Source of the DNA: Bdellovibrio sp.
Lineage (GTDB): Bacteria > Bdellovibrionota > Bdellovibrionia > Bdellovibrionales > Bdellovibrionaceae
Direction: 5' to 3'
Length of the DNA: 64,000 nucleotides
Assembly: GCA_036676395.1 (NCBI GenBank)
Contig: JAKFCY010000002.1
Span: 1,408,001 to 1,472,000, forward strand
The translations under genes were made by a program, and so were the position numbers. Positions 18,618-29,193 of this stretch are shown piece by piece. The notes under the pieces were generated by a model, which saw nothing but the letters and a program-made list of their open reading frames with translations, searched no databases and was not told the DNA's origin. The stretch's first letter is position 1. Each line of letters opens with the position of its first letter.

Positions 18618-19034
18618 ATGTTTACATTTACACGCAATATTCACGTTTACGAGACAGATTTGATGGGAATAGTTCACCATTCGAATTATCTGCGTTTCTG
18701 CGAAGAGGCCCGCGTTGCATGGTGTAAGGCCTTTGTTGCCCATGAAAAAAGCGATTTTGAACATCAAAATATTTTCGATCTGACTGTGGTTGAAACACAC
18801 GTAAAACACAAAGCGCCAATTAAGTATCGCGACAATGTTCGAATCGAAGTGCAGGCGCAAACCACCGGAGTACTATTACGCTTTCAATATAAACTTTTAA
18901 ATGACACAAATATTTGTGCCATTGCTGAAACTAGTCACTGTAGTGTAAATGAGAAATTAAAACCAAAGCGTCTGGCGCAGAAATATATCGACGCAGCTAA
19001 AAAGGATACCCCATGGACAGAAACCTGGCTTTAG
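18618..19034 (+). CDS. YbgC/4HBT-family acyl-CoA thioesterase
   Basis: ETDLMGIVHHSNYLRFCEEAR hot-dog fold motif. Confidence 0.9.
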   Translation: MFTFTRNIHVYETDLMGIVHHSNYLRFCEEARVAWCKAFVAHEKSDFEHQNIFDLTVVETHVKHKAPIKYRDNVRIEVQAQTTGVLLRFQYKLLNDTNICAIAETSHCSVNEKLKPKRLAQKYIDAAKKDTPWTETWL

Positions 19035-19978
19035 AATTTGTACGTATTACCGAAGCAGCAGCAATAGCCTCAGCAAAATGGATCGGCTCAGGCCAAGAAA
19101 AAGCCGCTGACCAAGCGGCTGTAGATGCCATGAGAAAAGCCTTTGATTCTGTTCGTATGGACGGAACCGTAGTGATTGGCGAAGGCGAGCGCGATGAAGC
19201 TCCGATGTTATATATCGGCGAAAAAGTGGGTAATAAATCTGACGATGCTCCTCAAATTGATATCGCACTAGATCCTTTAGAAGGAACAACAATCTGTGCC
19301 ACTGGCGGAGTCGGTTCAATCTCTGTAATGGCGATGGCTGAACGTGGCGGTTTTTTACATGCGCCAGACACTTACATGGATAAAATTGCTGTAGGTCCTG
19401 AAGCAAAGGGTTGTATTGATATTGATAAATCTGCTACAGAAAATTTAAATCGCATTTCTGAAATGTTAAAAAAACCAGTCAATGAAATCACAGCGGTTAT
19501 TTTAGATCGTCCTCGTCATAAAGAATTAATTGCCGAAGTTCGTAAAGCCGGTGCACGCATTCACTTAATCGGTGATGGCGATGTTTCGGCAGCTGTTGCG
19601 GCTGCGTGGCCAGATTCGGGCGTCGATGTGTTGTTCGGTATTGGTGGTGCGCCTGAAGGCGTAATTTCTGCCGCAGCTATGCGTTGTTTAGGTGGAGACT
19701 TTCAAGGTCGTCTAAAATTCAGAAATGAAGAAGAAAAAGAACGCGCATTGCGTATGGGCGTGAAAGATTTAAATAAAAAATACTCATTAAATGAATTAGC
19801 GTCAGGGCATGTGATGTTCTGTGCAACTGGCGTGACTGACGGACCTTTTTTAAAAGGTGTTAAAGTTTACCCAGGTCGCAAAGCGCGCACGCACTCAGTG
19901 GTCATGCGTTCACAAACCGGAACAATCAGAAACGTAGAAACGTATCATGATTTTTCGGTAAAATCGGGTTTACTCTAG
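19013..19978 (+). CDS. glpX: class II fructose-1,6-bisphosphatase
   Basis: GEGERDEAPMLYIGE, DPLEGT, LDRPRH, GGAPEGV, ATGVTDG. Confidence 0.98.
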   Translation: MDRNLALEFVRITEAAAIASAKWIGSGQEKAADQAAVDAMRKAFDSVRMDGTVVIGEGERDEAPMLYIGEKVGNKSDDAPQIDIALDPLEGTTICATGGVGSISVMAMAERGGFLHAPDTYMDKIAVGPEAKGCIDIDKSATENLNRISEMLKKPVNEITAVILDRPRHKELIAEVRKAGARIHLIGDGDVSAAVAAAWPDSGVDVLFGIGGAPEGVISAAAMRCLGGDFQGRLKFRNEEEKERALRMGVKDLNKKYSLNELASGHVMFCATGVTDGPFLKGVKVYPGRKARTHSVVMRSQTGTIRNVETYHDFSVKSGLL

Positions 19979-19982
19979 TTTA

Positions 19983-20264
19983 ATGGAATTGATTTGTTTT
20001 CGTTGTCAGAAAGGCAATAAAATCGATGGCAAGATCGGGTACCGTGAAGAATGTTTTCACTGTAAAGCCGATCTTCATGCCTGCAAGAATTGCCATTTTT
20101 ACGATGTCAAAGCTTACAACGAATGCCGCGAACCATCTGCAGAAGTGGTGCGTGATAAAGAAAAATTTAATTTCTGTGATTTTTTTCAACCCGGTGGTCG
20201 CGGGCCGGCTCAAGATGAGAAGGCTAAACTAAAAGCAGCTGCCGACGCATTATTTAAAAAATAA
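19983..20264 (+). CDS. Cys-rich putative zinc-ribbon protein
   Basis: Three CxxC pairs plus further Cys; NFCDFF motif. Confidence 0.8.
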   Translation: MELICFRCQKGNKIDGKIGYREECFHCKADLHACKNCHFYDVKAYNECREPSAEVVRDKEKFNFCDFFQPGGRGPAQDEKAKLKAAADALFKK

Positions 20265-20284
20265 TTAAAAGGAGATAACGGATT

Positions 20285-20719
20285 ATGGCAACAGCACAAA
20301 CAACGGAAGTTTTTAACTGCACTCCAGAAGAGTTTTTCAAAGTCGTAGCCGATTTTGAAAAATACCCTGAATTTTTACCAGAAGTAAAATCTGTAAAAAT
20401 CACGAAAAACGAAGGCACCACTAAAGAAATGGAATACAGCGTTTCATTAGTTAAAACTTTTAAATATAAATTAAAGGCCACAGAGGTTGCTCCTTCAAAA
20501 GTGGATTTTCACTTTGTGGAAGGTGATGTTTTTAAAACCATGAAAGGCAGCTGGAATATTGCCCCAGAAGGATCTGACAAATGTAAAGTCAACTACACGG
20601 TTGAAGCTACTTTTGGAATGTTTGTGCCTGGCCCCATGGCTAACACGCTGGTCAGTGTGAATTTGCCGATTATGATTAATAATTTTAAAAACAGAATCAA
20701 AAAAGTGTACGGGAAGTAA
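20285..20719 (+). CDS. SRPBCC/polyketide cyclase (RatA/Coq10-like) protein
   Basis: VVADFEKYPEFLP, FKTMKGSW; SD AAGGAG. Confidence 0.9.
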   Translation: MATAQTTEVFNCTPEEFFKVVADFEKYPEFLPEVKSVKITKNEGTTKEMEYSVSLVKTFKYKLKATEVAPSKVDFHFVEGDVFKTMKGSWNIAPEGSDKCKVNYTVEATFGMFVPGPMANTLVSVNLPIMINNFKNRIKKVYGK

Positions 20720-20722
20720 TCA

Positions 20723-21025
20723 GTGAGTAATAACGAGAGCGAAAAAGACCCTAAAAGTAAAGATCCAAAAATCACCGACGCTATTAAAAAGATTCTGACG
20801 GCGGGTAGCCCAACTGATATTTCTAAAGAGCTTTTAACAACAGTGGTTGCTCAGGTCTTAAAAACTAAAGATGACATCACTTTAAAAGCGACCAATGAAA
20901 TGGTTGCGATGATTCAAAAAATTGATTTTGTAAAAGAATTTTCGAAATTTGCTGAAAATCACAAATTTAAGGTGTCAGCAGAAATTGAAATTCTAAAAAA
21001 AGAGGACCCAAAGCCTCAAGGTTAG
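20723..21025 (+). CDS. hypothetical protein
   Basis: Helical 100-aa ORF tightly packed in the operon. Confidence 0.7.
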   Translation: MSNNESEKDPKSKDPKITDAIKKILTAGSPTDISKELLTTVVAQVLKTKDDITLKATNEMVAMIQKIDFVKEFSKFAENHKFKVSAEIEILKKEDPKPQG

Positions 21026-21032
21026 GTCTCGT

Positions 21033-22457
21033 ATGGCTAGTTTTAAAACTTTTAATCCCACTTCAGGAGCGTTCTTAGAAGAGTACCCGTTTGCGACAGC
21101 AGCGGATATTTCGCGCAGTCTTGAAGGTTTACAGATGGGTTTTCAGCGTTGGAAAGAATTAAGCTTTTCTGAACGTCAAAAAACTCTGCGTCCAGCTGTA
21201 GGTTTGTTTAACCAGCACAAAGAAGAGTTGGCAAAATCAATCACTGAAGAAATGGGGAAGCCCTATTTTCAATCTTTAGCCGAAATCGATAAAGCGCTGC
21301 AGTCTTTAGAATACATGTGTTCTACTCCGTGCCCAGAACTCGATGTGAAAGCTGTTAAAACTTTCAGTGATAGTGAAAAAACAAGCCATCAAATTTATCA
21401 CAAACCAAAAGGTATTATTTTAGGCGTAATGCCGTGGAATTTTCCGTTTTGGCAATCGGTGCGCATGATTTTTCCGGCGCTTTTGGCCGGCAATACTGTA
21501 CTTTTAAAACATTCTGAAAATACGCCGACTACCGGAAATTTTATTAAAAAAATTCTTTCTCGGGTAGACGTTAAAAATATTTTTGATCATTTGATTTTTG
21601 ATCATAGCTTAACTGAATCAGTTATTGCCGATCATCGCGTTCATGGCGTAAGTCTTACCGGTTCTGTAAAGGCTGGCTATTTACTATCTGAATATGCCGG
21701 AAAACACATGAAGCGCGGGGTGTTTGAATTAGGTGGCAGCGATGCGCATTTAGTTTTAAATGATGCAGACATCGTAAAAACTGCCGCTAACATTGCAAAA
21801 TCCCGCCTACAAAACACAGGGCAAAGCTGTATCGCTGCAAAACGGGTGATTGTTAATCGCCAGATTTCTAATGAACTTATCGACCAGTTAGTTGTAAATT
21901 TTGATAAGCAAGTCTATGGCAACGTTTTTGACCGTAAAACCACGCTTGGGCCTTTGGCGCATCATCGGTTTAAGCCTGAAGATGAAGCCCGTTTTAGCTA
22001 TGTAAAGCCGTTCTGCGAAGTGATTTACGAACGTTACCCCGATCAGGCCATTATCAAATCTTTAGCCGAAGAGTCATCAAGACAAGCTTTTGTGCCGCTG
22101 CGAATTTTAAAAGTTAAAAAAGCCACCGATGAATTTATGAAGTACATGAAAACTAATGAATTCTTTTCGCCGACGTTGATTGTTTTTGAATATAACAACG
22201 TCGAAGATGGTTTAGCTCTCGTAAATCATACGCAATTTGGTCTTGGCGGCTCGGTTTATTCTGAAGATATTTTTCGGGCTCATGAGGTGGCGCGAAAATT
22301 TGAATCGGGTATGGTTTCAATTAATGATGCCGTTGCCTCTAATGTGATGTTGCCGTTTGGCGGTGTAAAGTCATCTGGTATTGGGCGCGAAATGGGAATG
22401 CAGGGTTACACCGAATTTACTGACATTCAGGTCTTAACAACGAACCGATTAAATTAA
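21033..22457 (+). CDS. NAD(P)-dependent aldehyde dehydrogenase (succinate-semialdehyde dehydrogenase-like)
   Basis: MPWNFP, LTGS, ELGGSD, GQSC, EFFSP, PFGGVKSSG. Confidence 0.93.
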   Translation: MASFKTFNPTSGAFLEEYPFATAADISRSLEGLQMGFQRWKELSFSERQKTLRPAVGLFNQHKEELAKSITEEMGKPYFQSLAEIDKALQSLEYMCSTPCPELDVKAVKTFSDSEKTSHQIYHKPKGIILGVMPWNFPFWQSVRMIFPALLAGNTVLLKHSENTPTTGNFIKKILSRVDVKNIFDHLIFDHSLTESVIADHRVHGVSLTGSVKAGYLLSEYAGKHMKRGVFELGGSDAHLVLNDADIVKTAANIAKSRLQNTGQSCIAAKRVIVNRQISNELIDQLVVNFDKQVYGNVFDRKTTLGPLAHHRFKPEDEARFSYVKPFCEVIYERYPDQAIIKSLAEESSRQAFVPLRILKVKKATDEFMKYMKTNEFFSPTLIVFEYNNVEDGLALVNHTQFGLGGSVYSEDIFRAHEVARKFESGMVSINDAVASNVMLPFGGVKSSGIGREMGMQGYTEFTDIQVLTTNRLN

Positions 22458-22462
22458 AACAT

Positions 22463-23416
22463 ATGTCATGGAATGATTTTGAGCACTCAATTTGGAAACA
22501 GTTAAAAAGCGAAAGTCTGCATGAGCGTTCTGAATTTATTTTAGCGATTTCAGGTGGTTTAGATTCGATGGTACTGCTTCAAGCCATGCAGAAATTAAAA
22601 CCCCAGGCTCAGCTAGTCGTGGCGCATTTTCATCACGGCGAAAGTGATGATCCCGAAATTAAAACGTACCGTGAACAAGCGATGCAAATGGTAAAATCAT
22701 ACTGTGACACCCATAAGCTCAAGTTTTTTTCGGGTAAATCTTTAGATAAATTATCCAGCGAAGACGAATTTCGTCAAAAGCGCCTTCATTTTTTTGCACA
22801 AGTAAAAGCAGATTTTCCGCAAAGTGTTTTTGTAACTGCTCATCATAAGGATGATCTTTTAGAAACCTGGCTATTAAAAATGATTCGCGGAAGCGGGCCA
22901 GAAGGTTTAGAAAATTTCAAATTTTGGAACCAGCAGACTTTAAGGCCATTATTATCATTCACAAAAGCTGAAATTCTATACTACGCCCAAACTGAAGGAT
23001 TAACTTGGTTAGATGACCCGTCTAATCAGGCAAACGACTATCTGCGCAATTGGTTGCGTAACGAATGGTTGAAGATATTGGCTGATAAAGTTCCGGGTTC
23101 AATTGCAAATCTGACGAATTCTTTTCAGCGTTTAATTGATGAAATAAAAGATGATGATCAGACGATAGTTATTAATTATCAGAACAGCTCGACCAAAGCC
23201 TTATTTGATCGCACAGAATTTCTACAATTGAGTCACTCAGATCAATTTAAAACACTGGCGAAAGCCCTAAAAGGCATCGGTCAACGTGACTTTTCTCAAG
23301 GTCAACTAGAAGAAATAATTAAGCGCCTCGACAAAAATCAAAAAGACCTCATATTTTCTATAGCGGGCGTTAATTGGTTTATTAACGCAGAGCAAGTTAT
23401 GCTACAATTTACGTAA
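22463..23416 (+). CDS. tilS: tRNA(Ile)-lysidine synthase (short form)
   Basis: PP-loop SGGLDS, TAHHKDD, RPLL, DDPSN, RNWLR; upstream of ftsH. Confidence 0.92.
   Translation: MSWNDFEHSIWKQLKSESLHERSEFILAISGGLDSMVLLQAMQKLKPQAQLVVAHFHHGESDDPEIKTYREQAMQMVKSYCDTHKLKFFSGKSLDKLSSEDEFRQKRLHFFAQVKADFPQSVFVTAHHKDDLLETWLLKMIRGSGPEGLENFKFWNQQTLRPLLSFTKAEILYYAQTEGLTWLDDPSNQANDYLRNWLRNEWLKILADKVPGSIANLTNSFQRLIDEIKDDDQTIVINYQNSSTKALFDRTEFLQLSHSDQFKTLAKALKGIGQRDFSQGQLEEIIKRLDKNQKDLIFSIAGVNWFINAEQVMLQFT
23400..23408 (+). promoter_or_regulatory. extended -10 element (TGcTACAAT), candidate ftsH promoter inside the tilS 3' end
   Basis: TGnTAcAAT 36 nt upstream of the ftsH ATG; SD AAAGGA between them. Confidence 0.35.
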
Positions 23417-23444
23417 CTTGTAGATTCATAAAAAGGAATTTTAG

Positions 23445-25400
23445 ATGAAGACAAATCAGAAAACACTGGCCCTTTGGTTTTTTATCCTAATCATGTCGAT
23501 TTTCGTTTTCCAGGCCTGGGAAATTAAACGACAAAAAACAATTGCAGATTTTGATTATCCAAAATTCTTAAAAGCTGTTGAGCTTAAAGAAGTTAAAGAT
23601 GACACGATCATTTTTATGCCGGATGCAAAAGTGATCCGTGGTGAAATTAAACCAGAATTTGAAAAACGCTATGCTGGGCACCGCTTTGAATTTTCGGGCG
23701 ATACTGACAAGGCTTACGAAGAGATCAAAAAATTTGGCTACATTCCAAAATATGAAAATGCACAAAGTGACAGTTTCTTATCTTCATTTTTTATAAACTG
23801 GTTACCGTTACTTTTAATCGTCGGTATGTTTATTTTTATCATGCGCCAAATTCAATCCGGTGGCGGCAAAGCGATGTCATTTGGTAAGTCACGTGCAAAG
23901 CTTGTCGAAAATAAGAATCGCGTGATGTTTAAAGACGTTGCTGGTGTAGATGAAGCCAAAGATGATTTACAGGAAATCGTTCATTTTTTAAAAGACCCGA
24001 AAAAATTCACTAAACTTGGTGGTCGTATTCCAAAAGGGGTTTTACTAGTTGGTCCTCCGGGAACAGGTAAAACATTATTAGCTCGTGCGGTAGCCGGTGA
24101 AGCCGGTGCGCCTTTCTTTACAATCTCTGGCTCTGACTTTGTTGAAATGTTCGTGGGCGTGGGCGCAAGTCGCGTGCGTGATCTATTTGAGCAGGGTAAG
24201 AAAAACGCTCCATGCCTTATCTTCATCGATGAGATCGATGCCGTAGGACGCCATCGTGGCGCCGGTATGGGTGGTGGTCATGATGAACGTGAACAAACAC
24301 TTAATCAATTATTAGTTGAGATGGATGGTTTTGAATCTACTGAGGGCGTAATTTTAATTGCTGCCACAAATAGACCAGACGTATTAGATCCAGCATTACT
24401 TCGCCCAGGTCGTTTCGATCGTCGCGTTGTTGTTGGTAAGCCAGATCTTAAAGGTCGTGAACATATCTTAACTGTGCACATGAAAAAAACTCCACTTGGG
24501 CCTGATGTTGATGTGACTAAGATTGCTCGTGGAACACCTGGATTTTCTGGAGCTGATTTAGAAAATTTAGTGAATGAAGCAGCTCTTGTGGCAGCTCGTA
24601 ATGATAAAAAATATCTTGAGATGGAAGACTTTGAACGAGCAAAAGACAAAGTCATCATGGGTGCAGAGCGTAAATCAATGGTGATGTCTGAAGAAGACCG
24701 TAAAAATACGGCCTACCATGAAGCAGGACATACACTTGTAGGGGTTGTGCTTCCGGGTTTAGATCCAATTCACAAAGTGACTATTATTCCTCGTGGTATG
24801 GCATTAGGTCTTACGCAAACTCTTCCAGAAAAAGATCAAGTTTCGTTTTCTAAACGTCAGGCCGAAAACTGGATCGCTTTTGCTTTCGGCGGTCGTGCTG
24901 CTGAAGAATTAATTTTTACCGATTACACAACAGGTGCTGCAAATGATATCGAGCGCGCAACGAATATGGCTCGTAAAATGGTCACTGAATGGGGTATGTC
25001 TCCATTAGGACCAATTGGGTATGAATCAAATACCGGCCCTGTATTTTTAGGAATGGGACACGGAAACCAGCAAAAAAATTACTCTGAAGCCAAAGCTCAG
25101 GAGATCGATGCTCAGATTTCAAGTATCATCAACACAGGGTATGCAACAGCTGTTAAAATTTTAAAAGATCACCGCGAAGCTTTAGAAAAAATCACGCAAG
25201 CTTTATTAGAGTTTGAAACGATTGATGGCGCTGAAGTAGATATGCTTGTTAAAGGTGCGGCAGTTTCAGAAATCCATAAAGTACGTGCGAATAAAAAAGA
25301 ATCAAGCTCATCTGGTGGTGGCGGGCATCACGGCGTGATTATTGATCCAGATAACACATCTCCAATTCCTACAGGTAAAAAACCTGTACCAGTTTCGTAA
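23445..25400 (+). CDS. ftsH: ATP-dependent zinc metalloprotease FtsH
   Basis: Two TMs, [26 protein letters not shown]. Confidence 0.99.
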   Translation: MKTNQKTLALWFFILIMSIFVFQAWEIKRQKTIADFDYPKFLKAVELKEVKDDTIIFMPDAKVIRGEIKPEFEKRYAGHRFEFSGDTDKAYEEIKKFGYIPKYENAQSDSFLSSFFINWLPLLLIVGMFIFIMRQIQSGGGKAMSFGKSRAKLVENKNRVMFKDVAGVDEAKDDLQEIVHFLKDPKKFTKLGGRIPKGVLLVGPPGTGKTLLARAVAGEAGAPFFTISGSDFVEMFVGVGASRVRDLFEQGKKNAPCLIFIDEIDAVGRHRGAGMGGGHDEREQTLNQLLVEMDGFESTEGVILIAATNRPDVLDPALLRPGRFDRRVVVGKPDLKGREHILTVHMKKTPLGPDVDVTKIARGTPGFSGADLENLVNEAALVAARNDKKYLEMEDFERAKDKVIMGAERKSMVMSEEDRKNTAYHEAGHTLVGVVLPGLDPIHKVTIIPRGMALGLTQTLPEKDQVSFSKRQAENWIAFAFGGRAAEELIFTDYTTGAANDIERATNMARKMVTEWGMSPLGPIGYESNTGPVFLGMGHGNQQKNYSEAKAQEIDAQISSIINTGYATAVKILKDHREALEKITQALLEFETIDGAEVDMLVKGAAVSEIHKVRANKKESSSSGGGGHHGVIIDPDNTSPIPTGKKPVPVS

Positions 25401-25408
25401 AGTAATTA

Positions 25409-26227
25409 TTGATGAATTACTTTCAAACATTCTGGGAAAACTTAATCTTTATCAGTTCACACCTGAGAGCGCAGGATGTCTTTGACATCTTGCTGGTGTG
25501 GTTAGTTATTTATCGCGTTCTGATGATTATTCGTCGTACTGGCACGGTGCAAATCCTGTCAGGCTTAGGGATTTTAGCGATCACTTATATCATGACGATA
25601 TGGTTTGAGTTTTTCACGATGAATTGGCTTTTAGAGAAATTCTTTTCAAATTTGTTTGTTATTATCGTCGTGCTTTTCCAAGCCGAGATTCGCAGAGCTT
25701 TAGCACAAATCGGAAGTCATCCGCTATTTTCAGATGTGTCTGCCGTGATGGAAACTCACATGGTCGAAGAGATCGCAAAAGGTGTAATTACCGCAGCAGA
25801 AAAAGGCTACGGCGCACTTTTAGTGATTGAAAAAGACATTATGGTTGATTACCACATCGAAATCGGAACCGAAATGGATTCGCGCGTTTCAGTAGAATTA
25901 ATTCAGTCAATTTTTCACCCGCAAGCACCTATGCATGACGGAGCAGTTCTAATTCGTTCAGGTAAAATTGCTTATGCCGGTTGTTTTTTGCCGTTAAGTA
26001 AAAATCCGGCTTTAGATAAGAATTTAGGAACCCGCCATAGAGCCGCGATTGGTTTAACTGAAGAAACTGATGCCGTAGTGTTGGTGGTTTCAGAAGAAAC
26101 TAAATCGATCAGTATCGTGACCGGCGGGCATATGCGCCCGAATGTAGAATTGATTGATGTACGTATGGCTCTATACGAGGCTTTTGGTTTAAAATATAAA
26201 GTTCATCATCACGAAGGTGTTTCATAA
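25409..26227 (+). CDS. cdaA: membrane diadenylate cyclase CdaA/DacA
   Basis: Three TMs, FQAEIRRAL, catalytic HDGA and GTRHRAA motifs. Confidence 0.95.
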   Translation: MMNYFQTFWENLIFISSHLRAQDVFDILLVWLVIYRVLMIIRRTGTVQILSGLGILAITYIMTIWFEFFTMNWLLEKFFSNLFVIIVVLFQAEIRRALAQIGSHPLFSDVSAVMETHMVEEIAKGVITAAEKGYGALLVIEKDIMVDYHIEIGTEMDSRVSVELIQSIFHPQAPMHDGAVLIRSGKIAYAGCFLPLSKNPALDKNLGTRHRAAIGLTEETDAVVLVVSEETKSISIVTGGHMRPNVELIDVRMALYEAFGLKYKVHHHEGVS

Positions 26228-26637
26228 TGCCGCAACATCATGTCGATAAATTTCGCCTTTTTAGATCATTTTTCTCTGATAACTTAAGTTATAAAGTGGT
26301 CTCGTTATTTGTGGCCTTAATTCTTTGGATTTCCATTCTTGGCCGTCGTGACTTTGTCACGACTAAGGAGATGGAAGTGACTTTTAGGCTTCCGCCGGGA
26401 TATATGGTCGCATCTCAAAGCCATGATAAACTTCGGGTGAAGATTTCAGGCTCGCAACCAGTGCTTAAAAAGTACAAAGATAGTTTTAAAAAAGTCGCAT
26501 TTGATCTGGCTGATAGCGGTGAAGGCTTAGTTGAGATTGATGTTCCGAATAATCGCATTGATGTCCCGGATGGGGTTAAGGTTTTAAACGTGAAGCCTAA
26601 CGTGATTCGAGTTGAAATCGTTCGAATTAAAAACTAG
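26227..26637 (+). CDS. cdaR: CdaR/YbbR-like protein (single repeat)
   Basis: N-terminal KVVSLFVALILW anchor, one beta-rich YbbR-like domain; lies between cdaA and glmM. Confidence 0.8.
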   Translation: MPQHHVDKFRLFRSFFSDNLSYKVVSLFVALILWISILGRRDFVTTKEMEVTFRLPPGYMVASQSHDKLRVKISGSQPVLKKYKDSFKKVAFDLADSGEGLVEIDVPNNRIDVPDGVKVLNVKPNVIRVEIVRIKN

Positions 26638-26648
26638 AATCTGACTCT

Positions 26649-28046
26649 ATGTCAGACACTAAAAAAATCGTCGATAAGAAAATTGTAAAACTATTTGGTA
26701 CAGATGGTATCCGCGGAACCGCTAATCAGTTTCCGATGGTTCCGGATGTGGTTGTTAAAATCGGGCAAGCGATCGGCTATTTGATCCGTACAGGCCGAAT
26801 CACTTCGACTTCAAAAAGTAAAAAAGTTGTTATCGGTAAAGACACGCGTCTTTCTGGGTATATGATCGAACAAGCTCTTGCCAGTGGTTTAAACTCAATG
26901 GGTATTTATGTGCAACTTGTGGGTCCGTTGCCAACGCCTGCGATCGGTTATTTGACTAAAACCATGCGCGCTGTGGCAGGTATTGTGATTTCAGCTTCGC
27001 ATAATGCTTATCAGGATAACGGGATTAAAATTTTTGGGCCCGATGGTTTTAAATTAGATGATTCATTAGAAAAAGAAATTGAACGTTTGGTAAGCGAAGA
27101 TAACTTATCAAGTTTACTTCCAAAATCAAACGAAGTTGGTCGCACTCGCCGTATTGAAGATGCCCAAGGTCGATATATCGTGCATGCCAAAAGCACATTC
27201 CCTTTAGAATATACACTGGAAGGCATGCGTATTGTTTTAGACACCGCTCATGGCGCTGCCTATCGCGTAAGTCCTGCGATTTTTGAAGAGTTGGGTGCTG
27301 AAGTCATTCATTTGGGTTCGCAGCCTAATGGCACTAACATCAACGATAAATCAGGCGCCCTTCATCCTTCGCAAATTGCCAACGCCGTTATTCAGTATCG
27401 TGCAGATGTTGGTATTGGCCTGGACGGTGATGCTGATCGTGTGGTGATGGTGGATGATGAAGGTAAAATCATGAATGGCGATAAAGTTATCGCGATTTGT
27501 GCGCTTCACATGAAACAAAAAAACATGTTAAAGAACAACACGATTGTTGTGACTCAAATGTCTAATTTTGCTTTAGAAAAAAAGATGAAAGATTTAGGTA
27601 TTAAGACGATCAAAACAAATGTGGGTGATAAACACGTTGTCGATGAAATGCGTAAAAATAACTACAATCTTGGCGGTGAACAATCTGGTCACATTATCTT
27701 TTTAGATCACACCACGACTGGTGATGGAACTGTTGCGGCATTAAATGTTTTATCGGTGATGAAAGAATCCGGAAAAAAATTAAGTGAACTGGCAACGATT
27801 TTTGAAGATATGCCACAAGTCTTGATCAACTGCCGTGTTCGCCACAGAAAAGCTTTAGATGAAATTAAGGGTTATAATGAATTGATCACAGCTAAAGAAA
27901 AAGAATTAAATAACGAAGGTCGTTTATTTATTCGTTTTTCTGGAACAGAGCCATTGATCCGTATTTTAGCTGAAGGCCCAAGTAAAGAAAAAATTTCTGC
28001 GATTGCAGAAGAGATCGCTTCATTTTTAGAGAAAGAATTAAGTTAA
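26649..28046 (+). CDS. glmM: phosphoglucosamine mutase
   Basis: FGTDGIRG, ISASHN, DGDADR, GGEQSGH, RFSGTEP. Confidence 0.98.
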   Translation: MSDTKKIVDKKIVKLFGTDGIRGTANQFPMVPDVVVKIGQAIGYLIRTGRITSTSKSKKVVIGKDTRLSGYMIEQALASGLNSMGIYVQLVGPLPTPAIGYLTKTMRAVAGIVISASHNAYQDNGIKIFGPDGFKLDDSLEKEIERLVSEDNLSSLLPKSNEVGRTRRIEDAQGRYIVHAKSTFPLEYTLEGMRIVLDTAHGAAYRVSPAIFEELGAEVIHLGSQPNGTNINDKSGALHPSQIANAVIQYRADVGIGLDGDADRVVMVDDEGKIMNGDKVIAICALHMKQKNMLKNNTIVVTQMSNFALEKKMKDLGIKTIKTNVGDKHVVDEMRKNNYNLGGEQSGHIIFLDHTTTGDGTVAALNVLSVMKESGKKLSELATIFEDMPQVLINCRVRHRKALDEIKGYNELITAKEKELNNEGRLFIRFSGTEPLIRILAEGPSKEKISAIAEEIASFLEKELS

Positions 28047-28768
28047 TGGCAAAAGTAAGACTTGGCGTAAATATTGATCATGCGGCCACTTTAAGACAAG
28101 TTCGCGCAGCAACCACCAGCTATCCGAACATGTTAGAGATGGTGAAGCTTGCAAAAGCAGGTGGTGCAAAGCAGATCACGATTCATTTGCGTGAAGACCG
28201 CAGACATATTCAAGATCATGATGTGATTAGTTTATGTAAAAAATCACCTTTAGAAATCAATTTAGAGATGGGTGCTTCTAACGAAATGCTAAAAATTGCT
28301 TTAAAGAATAAACCTGCTTGGGTGTGCCTAGTTCCAGAAAAAAGAGCCGAGCTTACAACTGAAGGTGGATTAAATATCGTTAAAGGTTTTAAAAATCTAG
28401 AGACGATGACTCATAAATTGTCTGATGCAAAAATCAAAGTTTCATTTTTTATTGAGCCAACTCTAGACCAAGTTGAAGCTTCAGCATTGGCGGGCGCACA
28501 TGCTGTTGAATTTCATACAGGCCGTTGGGTGCTGTTAACAGGTGCTAAGAAAAAAGCTGAATACAATAAGCTTGTGATTGCAGCTCTTGAGGCGCACCGT
28601 TTGGGCTTACGCGTGCATGTAGGTCATGGTTTAGATTACACCCATGCCAAGCTTATTAAAAAATTACCTCATTTAGTTGAAGCCAACATTGGTCATAGTT
28701 TGATTTGCTATTCTTTAACTGATGGGTTGAAAGCTTCAGTTAAAAAAATGGTGAAAGCTTTGAACTAG
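28046..28768 (+). CDS. pdxJ: pyridoxine 5'-phosphate synthase
   Basis: LGVNIDH, HLREDRRHI, LTTEGG, GHGL, NIGH. Confidence 0.97.
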   Translation: MAKVRLGVNIDHAATLRQVRAATTSYPNMLEMVKLAKAGGAKQITIHLREDRRHIQDHDVISLCKKSPLEINLEMGASNEMLKIALKNKPAWVCLVPEKRAELTTEGGLNIVKGFKNLETMTHKLSDAKIKVSFFIEPTLDQVEASALAGAHAVEFHTGRWVLLTGAKKKAEYNKLVIAALEAHRLGLRVHVGHGLDYTHAKLIKKLPHLVEANIGHSLICYSLTDGLKASVKKMVKALN

Positions 28769-28769
28769 A

Positions 28770-29192
28770 ATGTCGCGCGAACTTTTCTTTGTTCATTCTC
28801 TGTCAGACTGGGATAAAGTCGTCGCTTTTATAAAGCCAAAACTTAAAGGTAAGAATTTGTTTTTGCTGGCGGGTGATCTAGGTGCTGGTAAAACCACCCT
28901 TGTTAGTTTGATCGCAAAAACAATGAACATTCATCTGGTAAGTTCACCTACGTTTTCACTTATTTCGCAGCATAAAAACTTAACCCACGTTGATCTGTAC
29001 CGACTAGAAAGTATGGAAGAAATCGATGCCACTGGTTTTTGGGAAATCTTCGAAGAAGAAGACAATGTCGTTTTTGTCGAATGGGCGCAAAAGATCTCTG
29101 ATGATTTATGGCCGCTAGATTGGGATATAACTAGAATTGCAATTAACAAAAAATCTGAAAACTTACGCGAAGTTTTGATTATTGAAAGCTAA
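28770..29192 (+). CDS. tsaE: t6A biosynthesis ATPase
   Basis: GDLGAGKT, SPTF, HVDLYRL, VEW. Confidence 0.96.
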   Translation: MSRELFFVHSLSDWDKVVAFIKPKLKGKNLFLLAGDLGAGKTTLVSLIAKTMNIHLVSSPTFSLISQHKNLTHVDLYRLESMEEIDATGFWEIFEEEDNVVFVEWAQKISDDLWPLDWDITRIAINKKSENLREVLIIES

Positions 29193-29193
29193 C

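Noticed and set aside
20285..20719. RatA/RatB toxin-antitoxin pair
   Set aside because: No RnfH/RatB-like partner adjacent; the SRPBCC fold is usually lipid or quinone binding
22463..23416. tilS pseudogene because of short length
   Set aside because: Catalytic motifs are intact, and short TilS forms lacking the distal C-terminal domain are known
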